The position numbers and the translations under genes are program-made. A stretch of DNA of 63,309 nt, the filler included, from Octopus bimaculoides (Eukaryota), in the NCBI RefSeq assembly GCF_001194135.2. It is 5 parts of 5 records of this genome, joined end to end, with 100 filler letters (N's around TTAATTAATTAA, not from the genome) between each part and the next. Parts side by side here need not be neighbours in the genome. Positions count along the whole stretch, not along the records: positions 1 to 14,150 come from NC_069004.1; positions 14,251 to 24,057 come from NC_068984.1; positions 24,158 to 38,958 come from NC_068999.1; 2 more parts are not named here. One strand, written 5' to 3'. This document shows, piece after piece, positions 12,340 through 25,103 of this stretch. Each line of letters begins with the position of its first letter. Within the stretch, counting starts at the first letter, position 1. A model generated the notes under the pieces. It did not search any database and was not told the DNA's origin. It saw only the letters and a list, made by a program, of their open reading frames with translations.

Positions 12340-13943
12340 GTATAGTGTATGTGTATGCTTTCATGTATGTGTGTGTGATATAATTAAGTAATACACATGG
12401 TGTTGTCTTTTAGTAGTTTGCGTGTGTGTGCATGAATTTTTTGTTTCTTACTTCATCAAATATTAACCTTCTTTTCTAACGATTAAAAAACTACAACACA
12501 AAGAAGACAATACACAGCCACCCATATCTGAATACATTCAAGCTGACACACATTATCACCAAACACTACTTTAGACACACCCACACACCTCTAACTCCGT
12601 GCAGCAATACCTAAATTAGAAGCTGGAATAAAGAGACTCTAATAAAATGTCAGTCGGAAGCTATGAGCCTTCTAAGAATTCCAGTTTAAAAGTAGAAATT
12701 TTTGTTTAGATTTTTTCTAATTTATTGGATTCCTTTTTGCGACACAGAATTTCTAAAGATTAGTCTTCAGATCAGAATATATACTAAATACACAGACGGA
12801 CCAAATCGTTAACAAGTTTCCACCCAACTTCTGGTGGCTTATGGATTTTATGTAAGAAATTATTGGTGTTGTGGCATTGTAGTTAAAAACATGATACAAA
12901 TACATATTTTTGATAAGCCTCTGTGTGTGTATATATATGTGTGTGTGTGTGTATAAATCTGTGAATGTACATGTATATTCTGTAAAAATATAAACCACAT
13001 GCAAGTAGTGTGTTTGTGTGTGAGGTGAAACATCTTGTGTTGTTATCTGCACTTAGCATTCAATGTCTACACATCTGTGGGACAGCAGTCTAGCCGAAAT
13101 TCTTTCTATAAGACAGTCTTAAATGAGAGAGAACAATCCTATGAGAGTCTTTGACAAATTAGAACAATCCTACAACACAGTCTTCAACAATGGAGAAAAA
13201 GCAATTTTTTTGTTTTTATCATATTCTTCATATTAAAAATTTGATGAAAGAAAGAGAAATCTGGCTAAAGTGGACAAGAAAAGAAATATTCTAATGTGAC
13301 CAGTGTAAAAACCAGTAATCACTAGTTGACTGATTGACTAACGACTAATTACGAGAAGAAGAAATAAGCTTCCAGCAAGTGAGATTTTTTTTCAAGATAC
13401 AGGTGAACTGTGACAATATTGTGGTGAATAATAGCGAAGGTATAAAGACAGATGAATGTAGATGTGTGTGTATGTGTATGAATGTATATAGATGTCTTTC
13501 TGTGTGTATGTACGTGTAAAGATGTGTTGGAATGTGTGCTAATTATGAACTGTTTAATTATTCTCTGTACATACCTTTGAAATTACTTTGATACACATTT
13601 GTGGTAGAGTTTGTGTACATGTATGCATGTATGTATGTGTGTGTGTGTGTGTGTGTGTAGACAAGGATTTTAAACCTCTACCCTAGATACTATGTAAGAA
13701 CATCCGCAACAATGTGACTAATGCACAGTAATGTGGATACTTTAGGGGTTAAAGCACATCTGTATAAGATGAGCTTAAGTAAGCCTAAGGTTTGACATCC
13801 TAGTAATCACACAAACACACACACACAAGTTATATGTAGTATGTATAGTTGAAGGAGGGAGAGAAAAAGAGAGAAAAGGATATTGGAGTAGTGAAGGGAT
13901 GGGTGGAAAAGAAGGCAGTTAAAAAGGCCAAAATGTATGTTTT

Positions 13944-13986
<43 letters not shown>

Positions 13987-14150
13987 AAGAGTGCAAAAGA
14001 GGGGAGCATAGGCAAAAATAGTTAAAGAATGTAATTTGTTAGAATATTGCAGGAATCAAAATGGCTTTACAGTGTGTGTGTGTGTGTGTGCACAGGAGGA
14101 GCTGTGAAGAATTGGCTTTGCAGTGTATGTATGTGTGTGTGTGAATGTAT

Positions 14151-14250
14151 NNNNNNNNNNNNNNNNNNNNNNNNNNNNNNNNNNNNNNNNNNNNTTAATT
14201 AATTAANNNNNNNNNNNNNNNNNNNNNNNNNNNNNNNNNNNNNNNNNNNN
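14151..14250. other. Assembly linker 44N-TTAATTAATTAA-44N
   Basis: Exactly 100 bp with a 12-mer that has stops in all six frames; identical at four places. Confidence 0.95.
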
Positions 14251-14337
14251 TATATATATATATATATATATATATTTAAGTGTATGTATATTTGTATATG
14301 TTTCTATGTACATGTCCGTATGTATGTATTGTAAGTA

Positions 14338-14370
<33 letters not shown>

Positions 14371-14398
14371 GAGGAAGTATATATGTTTTGCTTATATA

Positions 14399-14442
<44 letters not shown>

Positions 14443-15682
14443 GTCGTATATATTTTATGTATGTACATATGTATTAAATGAATCTGTTTGTACATATTGT
14501 ATCTGTATGTATGTATGTATGTATGTATGGTGTGTATCTGCATGCTTTATTATATATGTGAATGTATATATGAGTGCAACGTATATGTTTTTGTGCATGT
14601 AAGTAGATGTGTATACGTGCCAGTGTGTATATGTGTTTGTATGTATGTGTGTATGTTTTTAAGCTGTCAATCCAACAGTCAGTAAAACGCTGTTGGGTGG
14701 GGTATACGTACGAATACATAGGTGTTTTGTATGTTAATACGTATGCTGATGTATGTATGTATGTATATATATATATATNNNNNNNNNNNNNNNNNNNNNN
14801 NNNNNNNNNNNNNNNNNNNNNNNNNNNNNNNNNNNNNNNNNNNNNNNNNNNNNNNNNNNNNNNNNNNNNNNNNNNNNNNNNNNNNNNNNNNNNNNNNNNN
14901 NNNNNNNNNNNNNNNNNNNNNNNNNNNNNNNNNNNNNNNNNNNNNNNNNNNNNNNNNNNNNNNNNNNNNNNNNNNNNNNNNNNNNNNNNNNNNNNNNNNN
15001 NNNNNNNNNNNNNNNNNNNNNNNNNNNNNNNNNNNNNNNNNNNNNNNNNNNNNNNNNNNNNNNNNNNNNNNNNNNNNNNNNNNNNNNNNNNNNNNNNNNN
15101 NNNNNNNNNNNNNNNNNNNNNNNNNNNNNNNNNNNNNNNNNNNNNNNNNNNNNNNNNNNNNNNNNNNNNNNNNNNNNNNNNNNNNNNNNNNNNNNNNNNN
15201 NNNNNNNNNNNNNNNNNNNNNNNNNNNNNNNNNNNNNNNNNNNNNNNNNNNNNNNNNNNNNNNNNNNNNNNNNNNNNNNNNNNNNNNNNNNNNNNNNNNN
15301 NNNNNNNNNNNNNNNNNNNNNNNNNNNNNNNNNNNNNNNNNNNNNNNNNNNNNNNNNNNNNNNNNNNNNNNNNNNNNNNNNNNNNNNNNNNNNNNNNNNN
15401 NNNNNNNNNNNNNNNNNNNNNNNNNNNNNNNNNNNNNNNNNNNNNNNNNNNNNNNNNNNNNNNNNNNNNNNNNNNNNNNNNNNNNNNNNNNNNNNNNNNN
15501 NNNNNNNNNNNNNNNNNNNNNNNNNNNNNNNNNNNNNNNNNNNNNNNNNNNNNNNNNNNNNNNNNNNNNNNNNNNNNNNNNNNNNNNNNNNNNNNNNNGA
15601 TAGATAGATAGGTAGGTAGATAGACAGACAGATAGATAGATAGATAGAATGAAAGATAGGCATGTGCATATATATATATATT

Positions 15683-16090
15683 CTTTTACGTCTTTCAGTC
15701 ATTAGACTGTGGCCATGTTGGGGCACCCACCTTGAATTTTAAACGAACGAATCCACCCCAATACTTATTTTCTGTTATTTATTGTACCACACCCTTTTGT
15801 CGAACTGTTAAGTTATGGAAACACACAACCCAACACAGGTTGTTAATAGGTGAAGGAGGACAAACACACTCACGCACACACACGCACACACACACGCGCG
15901 CGCGCGCGCGCGCACGCACACACACATCTATGTATGTGAACAATACTCTAATGTCTTATTTCAGTTTCTATCTACGAAATCCACTTAATCGGCCCGTGAC
16001 TACAGTAGAAGACACTTGACCAAGATGCCACGCAGTGGGACTGAACCCGAAGCCTAATGGTTGGGAAGCAAGCTTCTTATCGCAGCGCAC
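15683..16090 (-). mobile_element. SINE family A copy with internal (CA)n(CG)n microsatellite
   Basis: Reverse-complement tail (tctttcagtcattagactgtggccatgttggggcacc) through head (gatgccacgcagtgggactgaacc...gggaagcaagcttctta). Confidence 0.75.
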
Positions 16091-16266
16091 TCAAAAATGT
16101 TTCACGTAAACGAACTTAAAGGATGGACATATATGTATATATACAGGCATACCAACACAAATGTATCTCCCCGCCTATTTTATTGCCTCATAACTTCTAG
16201 AAATATGGATATCTTCTAACAAAAATTTCTACAAATATGCTTCAGATGGTGTAGATTCCGACTATA

Positions 16267-16499
16267 TAGTAATCTCTCGCCATATCGCGGTTCACCTATC
16301 GCGGTTCACCTATCGTGGTTTATTATTTAAGCTTATGTCAATTCCTCCGTGGTGTTGTTTTCCATTTATGATAGAATAAATATATACAAATTATAAAAAT
16401 AATAAAATAATATAATACAGTACTGTTTCTACTTCGCGAATTTTCACCTATCGCGTGGGGTTTTGGATCGTAACACGCGTGATAGTCGAGAGATTACTG
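16267..16499. mobile_element. pogo/Tigger-like MITE
   Basis: TA-flanked TIRs (c/t)agtaatctctcg ... cgagagattactg; internal repeats of ttcacctatcgcg. Confidence 0.75.
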
Positions 16500-17002
16500 T
16501 ATTGGAATTTATGGTGAAAACTTTTTATAGTGGTGTGTTTACGTCCCCGTAACTTAGCAGTTCGGCAAAAACGACCGATAGAATAAGTACTAGGTTTNNN
16601 NNNNNNNNNNNNNNNNNNNNNNNNNNNNNNNNNNNNNNNNNNNNNNNNNNNNNNNNNNNNNNNNNNNNNNNNNNNNNNNNNNNNNNNNNNNNNNNNNNNN
16701 NNNNNNNNNNNNNNNNNNNNNNNNNNNNNNNNNNNNNNNNNNNNNNNNNNNNNNNNNNNNNNNNNNNNNNNNNNNNNNNNNNNNNNNNNNNNNNNNNNNN
16801 NNNNNNNNNNNNNNNNNNNNNNNNNNNNNNNNNNNNNNNNNNNNNNNNNNNNNNNNNNNNNNNNNNNNNNNNNNNNNNNNNNNNNNNNNNNNNNNNNNNN
16901 NNNNNNNNNNNNNNNNNNNNNNNNNNNNNNNNNNNNNNNNNNNNNNNNNNNNNNNNNNNNNNNNNNNNNNNNNNNNNNNNNNNNNNNNNNNNNNNNNNNN
17001 NN

Positions 17003-17034
<32 letters not shown>

Positions 17035-17379
17035 TGATAACTTATAAGCATTTTGTAACTAGCTAATTTGCTTTGTCATTTAAATCTCTATGTATTTCAA
17101 CATGCATATACTTAGATACACATATATTGTCATTGATAATGTCTAAAACGCTGTGATAAAAATAAAATTTTGTCGATTTAAAAAGAAACAGGCATGTGAA
17201 CTATAACGAAAAAAGCGGGTAACTAACAATAGTTTCAAATCTATTTATAAATCAATTATACTAAATATAAAACTTGCTTGGCCTATAATGCACGGTCAAT
17301 TTTCCCAGGCACGCTTTCGATCACGTTTTGTCAGTTATCTGGAATTTCGTTCTTGCAATTTTTACATTACTTCCTTTTG

Positions 17380-17675
17380 TCATTAGACCGCGGCCATTCT
17401 GGGGCCCAGCTTTGGTGGGTTTTAGTACTTGTTTTTTGTTCAGCCTTGTACTTATTCTATCCTTAACTTATGCTGAACTGCTAAGTTACGGGGATGTAAA
17501 CAAACCAGCACCAGTTGCCGAGCGGTGGGAGGGGACAAACGAAAACACACACACACACTCGCGCGCTCGCGCCGGGACTTATAACAAAAGACATTTGCCC
17601 AAGATGCCGCGTAGTGAGATTGAACCCAAAACTTCAAGGTTGCAAAGTGAGCTTCTCAACCACACAGCCATGCCT
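17380..17675 (-). mobile_element. SINE family A-related copy, diverged
   Basis: attagaccgcggccattctggggc...ctaagttacggggatgtaaacaaaccagca...acatttgcccaagatgccgcgtagtgagattgaaccc. Confidence 0.65.
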
Positions 17676-17917
17676 GACACTGGATTTCTTGTGGCAAAAC
17701 TGAAGTCTTTCTGCAACTGACGTGTCATTGTCTTAGTGCTTCATTTTGCAATTGCAGGCAACATCTTTTCTACGATTCCGGCTAGATGTGTGTAACTAGG
17801 GAAGCGACACTGAGGCCATGAATCATATGACCATTTTTTTCAACAGCTGTAGCACGGGGCCTCTGCCTGACCTGCCAAACGATTCGTACCCATCTATCTC
17901 TTATAAATACTTTCTTT

Positions 17918-18102
17918 TTTCTTTTACTTGTTTCAGTCATTTGACTGCGGCCATGCTGGAGCACCGCCTTTAGTCGAGCAAATCGACCCCAGGACTTATT
18001 CTTTGTAAGCCTAGTACTTATTCTATCGGTCTCTTTTGCCGAACCGCTAAGTTACGGGGACGTAAACACACCAGCATCGGTTGTAAAGCGATGTTGGGGG
18101 GA

Positions 18103-18146
<44 letters not shown>

Positions 18147-18147
18147 C

Positions 18148-18178
<31 letters not shown>

Positions 18179-18445
18179 TCTTTCCTTTCCCGAGCGTCTA
18201 ATAACACTATCCGTATCACGTCCTCACGTTGTTGTTTTTTGTCTTTTCATTGAACCTATATATATATATATGTATATACATATATATACGACGGGCTTCT
18301 TTCAGCTTCCGTCTACCAAATCCACTCACAAGGCTTTGGTCGGCCCGAGGCTATACTAGAAGACACTTGCCCAAGGTGCCACGGAACCCGAACCCGGAAC
18401 CATGTGGTTGGTAAGCAAGCTACTTACCACACAGCCATTCCTACG
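17918..18445 (-). mobile_element. SINE family A, full length with ~200-bp internal microsatellite-rich insert
   Basis: Both halves closely match the reverse complement of 5986-6340; 18095-18290 is a (CA)n/(TA)n-rich insert. Confidence 0.88.
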
Positions 18446-18688
18446 CTTACAGTAATGTTTACTGAAATAAGAGATGAAAGCCCCAAGTCAGCCTTCATGA
18501 AACAGACCTATGATGAAAGACATTGCAACTGGAACCACGCTATCTTTTTCTTGTTCCGAAAAATACAAGACCTCAAGTCCAATGTGTATCATGTCGTTTA
18601 AGAGGGATTTTGTATGCGAGTTAAGGACAATTTAGCGGCAAAAAAACCAGGGTTCGATTGGTGGAGCCTGAAGTCTTGTTGCTGTTCT

Positions 18689-18734
<46 letters not shown>

Positions 18735-20214
18735 NNNNNNNNNNNNNNNNNNNNNNNNNNNNNNNNNNNNNNNNNNNNNNNNNNNNNNNNNNNNNNNNNN
18801 NNNNNNNNNNNNNNNNNNNNNNNNNNNNNNNNNNNNNNNNNNNNNNNNNNNNNNNNNNNNNNNNNNNNNNNNNNNNNNNNNNNNNNNNNNNNNNNNNNNN
18901 NNNNNNNNNNNNNNNNNNNNNNNNNNNNNNNNNNNNNNNNNNNNNNNNNNNNNNNNNNNNNNNNNNNNNNNNNNNNNNNNNNNNNNNNNNNNNNNNNNNN
19001 NNNNNNNNNNNNNNNNNNNNNNNNNNNNNNNNNNNNNNNNNNNNNNNNNNNNNNNNNNNNNNNNNNNNNNNNNNNNNNNNNNNNNNNNNNNNNNNNNNNN
19101 NNNNNNNNNNNNNNNNNNNNNNNNNNNNNNNNNNNNNNNNNNNNNNNNNNNNNNNNNNNNNNNNNNNNNNNNNNNNNNNNNNNNNNNNNNNNNNNNNNNN
19201 NNNNNNNNNNNNNNNNNNNNNNNNNNNNNNNNNNNNNNNNNNNNNNNNNNNNNNNNNNNNNNNNNNNNNNNNNNNNNNNNNNNNNNNNNNNNNNNNNNNN
19301 NNNNNNNNNNNNNNNNNNNNNNNNNNNNNNNNNNNNNNNNNNNNNNNNNNNNNNNNNNNNNNNNNNNNNNNNNNNNNNNNNNNNNNNNNNNNNNNNNNNN
19401 NNNNNNNNNNNNNNNNNNNNNNNNNNNNNNNNNNNNNNNNNNNNNNNNNNNNNNNNNNNNNNNNNNNNNNNNNNNNNNNNNNNNNNNNNNNNNNNNNNNN
19501 NNNNNNNNNNNNNNNNNNNNNNNNNNNNNNNNNNNNNNNNNNNNNNNNNNNNNNNNNNNNNNNNNNNNNNNNNNNNNNNNNNNNNNNNNNNNNNNNNNNN
19601 NNNNNNNNNNNNNNNNNNNNNNNNNNNNNNNNNNNNNNNNNNNNNNNNNNNNNNNNNNNNNNNNNNNNNNNNNNNNNNTGACTTTAAGAGTCCCTCCTAG
19701 CGTGAGGCATTTATGTATAGTAATGCCCTTAATATAAATAAATAAATATATATATATATATATATAGGGAATAATTAACAAATTTTTCCTTTATGAGGTT
19801 TTTCACGCTAACTACTTGATAAATTCTTATAAAGATTTTATTCTATATTTAAATTATATATATATATATACACATATACAGAAACAGACAGACAGAGAGA
19901 GAGAGAGATAAAGGGAAATCCAGTGGATTTTATAAGAATTTAAGCACATACTTTCTATACAACTGATGCGCAAGTAAAAGTGGGAGGAGTTTCCTAACGG
20001 AGTGCTTCACAGTTTGTTGAAGGCACTTTCAAAAAATCATACCTGGCTTCATTCTTCAATCTGTAGCACAATCATCTACTTATAAACAGCTATGAACTAC
20101 GTAAGTACAATGGTGGCTAACCTGATTAACATATTTTGCTTTTCACTGCCCATCATGAATTAAACAATATCTATTTTTTGCATAGCACAATGTAAATCAA
20201 GAAGAACTAAAATA

Positions 20215-20445
20215 GATTGTTATGTTTAAAATTAGACGTGGGAAATACGCAGGTTGTGGACAATGAAGACAGTGCACGTGATACCAGTAGTAATTGGCAC
20301 ACTTGGAAGTATCAGCATTCAACTATCAACAAAGCTCAAAAAGACTGATACAAATTTGACGATTGAACACCTACAAAAATCAATCACCGTTGCTTGGAAC
20401 TGCAAGAGTTCTCCGCAGTGTTTTTTGACGCAGGATTAGTAAGTA
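20215..20445 (+). mobile_element. RLE-type (R4/Dong-like) LINE C-terminus, decayed
   Basis: WTMKTVHVIPVVIGTLGSI...IEHLQKSI, then frameshifted LLGTARVLR; an (AAT)n tract follows at 20527-20570. Confidence 0.75.
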
Positions 20446-20694
20446 AACAAGTATCATCTTAGTCTGCTGTCTTGGACAGATGACTTTCCATCATACCCAG
20501 TAAAATAAGCCGATAGTTTTCATCAAATAATAATAATAATAACAACAACAATAATAATAATAATAATAATGCAGAACCAGGCAGTGGCTCTCTTGGCTTT
20601 TGATCTTAACTGATTGGAAGTGTTATCATGTACATATTTTGTCTTGGTATAAAAGATAGGCTACAACCAATATTCTGCTCAAGTAAGTTATTGC

Positions 20695-21455
20695 TTGGCG
20701 AATACCCTAAAAGGGCCAGTGATCCGGATACAGGAACAAATATAACCCATCAATAGTTGGCTGCATCTAGACTTAAATAAGAAACACAGGGCTTCATTAT
20801 ATAGCAGCTCAAGATCAATGTTTGCCCGCCAGAAGCGGGAATTCTTTAAAATGGCGCAGACCTTGCCTGCCGCTTTTGTGATGCAGCCAAAGAAACAATT
20901 GACCACTTCATTTCTGGTTGCTCTGTACTGGCCTCAAATGAAAACATTATTCGCCATGAAAGACTTGGCCAGTATATGCACTGGCTCATATGCAGTAAGT
21001 CTGAACTCCCATATGAAAAGAATTGGTAGGAACATAAGCCTGCCAAAATTGCAGAAAATAAAGATATCACCGGTCTTTGGGTATTCAGACATCATGTTAT
21101 ACATGACACTAGACCAGATATTTTTTTTTCTTTATTACCCACAAGGGGCTTAACATAGACAGGACAAACAAGGACAGACAAAGGGATTAAGTGGATTAGA
21201 CCGACCCCAGTGCGTAACTGGTACTTATTTAATCGACCCCGAAAGGATGAAAGGCAAAGTCGACCTCGGCATAATTTGAACTCAGAACGTAGCGGCAGAC
21301 GAAATACCGCTAAGCATTTCGCCCGGCGTGCTAACGTTTCTGCCGGCTCGCCAGATATTGTGGTAAAAAAAAATTCACGTTGACAAAACATCTCTGCTCA
21401 TAGATATATCAATCCCAGAAGACTCGTAAAAATCATTTGAAAAATTAAGTGAATA
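20695..21455 (+). mobile_element. R4/Dong-like LINE fragment (CCHC knuckle and start of RLE) interrupted by a SINE
   Basis: ETQGFIIAAQDQCL...CRFCDAAKETIDHFISGCSVLAS...IRHERLGQYMHW, resuming after the SINE as KTSLLIDISIPED. Confidence 0.82.
21140..21352 (-). mobile_element. tRNA-derived SINE family B
   Basis: Reverse complement ggcgagccggcagaaacgttagcacgccgggcgaaatgc...gagttcaaattatgccgaggtcgactttgcctttcatcctttcggggtcgatt; related copies at 25990-26150 and 39195-39325. Confidence 0.82.
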
Positions 21456-21509
21456 TAGGACCTTGAAATAAGGGGATAAAAAATGTGGCATCTAAAAACA
21501 TTTGTACTT

Positions 21510-21995
21510 GTAATCCTCTATAATGAAATCCATCGGAAGGATGACTCCGACGACAAAGAAATGAGAACCCACAGTATGGTAGAAGCCATAATAAAAACTA
21601 GTACTGGCGGAATGTCCCAGTAAAAACCTCGATAACATGTAAGCACTACAGACCTGATATAGTGATTTGGGAAAAAGTAGAGCAACTGTGTACAGTTGTG
21701 GAAATCAGCTGCCCAGCGGATGTTAATATAAAGCTGAAGATCAGTGAAAAAGAGAACACCTACACTGAACTGTTGAGAAATCTGCAGTTACTCTATCCAG
21801 ATTACAAGTTCAGGCTTATATCTGTGATTATTGGGGCCCTGGGATATGTAATACACTGCCTAAATACCAATCTTGAGAAATTAGGTTTCTCAAAACAACC
21901 AGAAAAGAGAAAGCTAATTCGAAGACTACAGATCTAATCCACCATTGGAACTGTAAAAATTTGTATAACTTGCCAGAATGTTTATCATTTAAATA
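21510..21995 (+). mobile_element. Second RLE LINE subfamily, endonuclease domain and 3' end
   Basis: YWRNVPVKTSITCKHYRPDIVIWEKVEQLCTVVEISCPADVN...KENTY...VIIGALG; a PD-(D/E)xK restriction-like endonuclease signature. Confidence 0.85.
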
Positions 21996-22164
21996 AATAT
22001 ATATGAGCATGTCTTAATATGCAACTATATGCATGGGAATACATACATAAAACAAAACATACAAATCTGCACATATACATACAAACAAAAATACCGTTAT
22101 TGATATTGAAATTCCAATGAAGGAGCCTTGGATCTAAGTTAGAAACCGGCTCTTTCTCTATTAC

Positions 22165-22415
22165 TCTTTTTTTTTTACTTGTTTCAGTCATTTGACTGCG
22201 GCCATATTGGAGCACCGCCTTTAGTCGAGCAAATCGACCCCAGGACTTATTCTTTGTAAGCCTAGTACTTATTCTATTGGTCTCTTTTTACCGAACCGCT
22301 AAGTTACGGGGACGTAAACACACTACCATCGGTTGTCAAGCGATGGTGGGGGGACAAACACAGACACACAAACACACATACATACATATACATATACACA
22401 TAGACGACGGGCTTC
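22165..22415 (-). mobile_element. SINE family A, 3' half, cut by a gap
   Basis: Near-identical to 17925-18095 and continues into gacgacgggcttc. Confidence 0.88.
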
Positions 22416-23052
22416 NNNNNNNNNNNNNNNNNNNNNNNNNNNNNNNNNNNNNNNNNNNNNNNNNNNNNNNNNNNNNNNNNNNNNNNNNNNNNNNNNNNNN
22501 NNNNNNNNNNNNNNNNNNNNNNNNNNNNNNNNNNNNNNNNNNNNNNNNNNNNNNNNNNNNNNNNNNNNNNNNNNNNNNNNNNNNNNNNNNNNNNNNNNNN
22601 NNNNNNNNNNNNNNNNNNNNNNNNNNNNNNNNNCATACATACATACATACACACATACATACATACATACATACATACATACATACATACATACATACAT
22701 ACGATTCCACACCGTAGACACAAATACACCCACTCGCTCAAATTTTTCTATCTTCAGTAACACACTAAATAGCACCGGCATTAACACAGCAGACATTCCC
22801 CTACACCAACCTACACCAACCAACCAACCAGCCAACAAGCAAACCAACAAACCAGCCAGCCAACCCTCCAACCAGTCAACCACCCTACCAGCCAGCACAT
22901 AATTTAACAACAGAGGCATCTGACGTTAAAATAATATTGGGACCATCTGTCACGTGTCACAGAATTAACACGCTATATTCCCCACCGCTGCTCCTCTTCT
23001 GTTTCTCTCTCTCTCCCTCTCCCTCTCCTTTTCTCTCTCTCCCCCTCTCCCT

Positions 23053-23094
<42 letters not shown>

Positions 23095-23211
23095 ATCGTC
23101 TACTTCCGCCTTAAGTCTCCCTTTACATCTAATGTCTCTCAGTTCAACCAGGAATCTGCGTATTTGCTCTAATTCTAGACACGTGCCCATATATATATAT
23201 ATATACCCAGC

Positions 23212-23257
<46 letters not shown>

Positions 23258-23504
23258 GCACACATATATATAAACAGAGAAAGAAAAACAGAGAGAAAGA
23301 GAGAGAGAGATGTGTAAATAATACTCATAGGCACAGACACATACATATATATTAATGCCGTGAGGTATTATTTATACCCATATACCCAATTAGATGTGGA
23401 TGTTCTGAAAGAACAAGCTGTACTGCGCAGATACCATGAGAGAAACTGTCATACTGGATTTTGGTGCAAAATGCACTTTTTACCGCTAGCGAGGAGATAA
23501 ATCC

Positions 23505-23720
23505 CCGCCTTGCTTTAGCCATTAGACTGCGGCTTTGCTGGGGCACCACCTTGAGGAATTTCTTTTAGAATGAATCGACCTCAGTTCTTCCTTTTGTAAG
23601 CCTGGCACTTTATCGCTCTTTGTAGCCGAGCTGCTAAGTTGCGGGAACGTAAACACACCTACACCAGTTGCCAAGCAGTGGTGGTGAGGGAGATTAACAC
23701 AGGCACACACATATACATAC
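23505..23720 (-). mobile_element. SINE family A, diverged 3' half
   Basis: gccattagactgcggctttgctggggcacc...ctaagttgcgggaacgtaaacacacc. Confidence 0.65.
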
Positions 23721-23731
23721 ATAAATACAGT

Positions 23732-24057
23732 GGAGGCGCAATGGCTCAGTGGTTTGGGCAGTAGACTCACGGTCAAAGGATCGAGGTTTCGATTCCCAGA
23801 CCGGGCATTGTGAGTGTTTATTGAGCGAAGACACCTAAAGCTTCACGTGGCTCCTGCAGGGGGTGGGTGGAGAACCCTGCTGTACACTTTCACCACAACT
23901 TACTCTCACTCTTTCTTCTTGCTTCTGTTGTGCCTGTAATTCAAAGGGTCAGCCTTGTCACGCTCTGTGTGCATCTTCCCGAGAACTACGTTATGGGTAC
24001 ACGTGTCTGTGGAGTGCTCAGCCACTTGCACGTTAATTTCACGAGCAGGATGTTCTG
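23732..24057 (+). mobile_element. tRNA-derived SINE (head similar to family C), cut by a linker
   Basis: ggaggcgcaaTGGCTCAGTGGtttgggc...gagGTTTCGATTCCcagaccggg, followed by a non-tRNA body. Confidence 0.75.
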
Positions 24058-24157
24058 NNNNNNNNNNNNNNNNNNNNNNNNNNNNNNNNNNNNNNNNNNN
24101 NTTAATTAATTAANNNNNNNNNNNNNNNNNNNNNNNNNNNNNNNNNNNNNNNNNNNN
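24058..24157. other. Assembly linker 44N-TTAATTAATTAA-44N
   Basis: Same 100-bp layout as at 14151. Confidence 0.95.
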
Positions 24158-25066
24158 TATATATATAAAGGGCATTATTACAGAAAAATAATAACGCCTT
24201 TTTGAATTTATTTATATATATATATATATATAAACCCATATATATAAACACATATATATGTATGCACGTTCATTTCCCCCTTGATATTCTGATTGTTTTC
24301 TATAGTCGGTTAATACTGCTACTACAAACACCAGAAGATTATAGGAAGCATGGCAATACTTCTGATATTATAATATGCAATATTGTACAAGTGTAAAAAA
24401 TAAACGTTGGAATTTCATTGACTAATATACCTACTTGTACAAGTGTCTCTGTATATATGTATTATACTAATACACACGTACCTGGATACAAACACAAATA
24501 CGCGCGCTCGCACACTCACATACACTCACATATATATCTACGTATATACATACGTACATTTCGGCTGTCGGAATATTTGATGTACAGCGCTTACATGAAT
24601 CATTTATTGAAGTCACTGCACTGAAGTGGCGCCACATATAATTTAGTAAAAATATTGAACAATACATCATACTATTAAGATAAAAGAGCCTGGAGCTAAC
24701 GGAAAGAAATGCACGTTATATCAAGAAACCGTCTTTTAATTGAAATATTAATTAAAACGTATGATTCGATATCGCTCTAGAATGGCAAACATACTGAAGA
24801 TCAGTATGGGGTAGACATTTTACGTATTCTTATAAAATCATGTCGCAGACCTTGATCTTAATTATATTGCAATTATCAACTTGTTATTGCAGTGCAATTC
24901 CTATCTGCACTTTCCAACATTTGAAGAATGCGTACCGGTAGGCTAGTTCGAATTATATAACTAACTATGTTACAATTTGTGGTCTAGTATTTAGAGTCAT
25001 ATGAAAGACAAATAGAGACATATGTACATCCATGCGAGCACATTTCTACCTGCTTCCGAGTGTGTG

Positions 25067-25103
<37 letters not shown>

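Noticed and set aside
12590-12625. Minus-strand ATTGCTGCA (IAA) after an AG, as possible FUBP exon 2
   Set aside because: Wrong phase (AG|GT ATT) and a stop follows within three codons (IAARS*).
14195-14206. TTAATTAATTAA motif recurring four times
   Set aside because: Always centred in an exact 44N-12-44N block with six-frame stops: an artificial scaffold linker, not biology.
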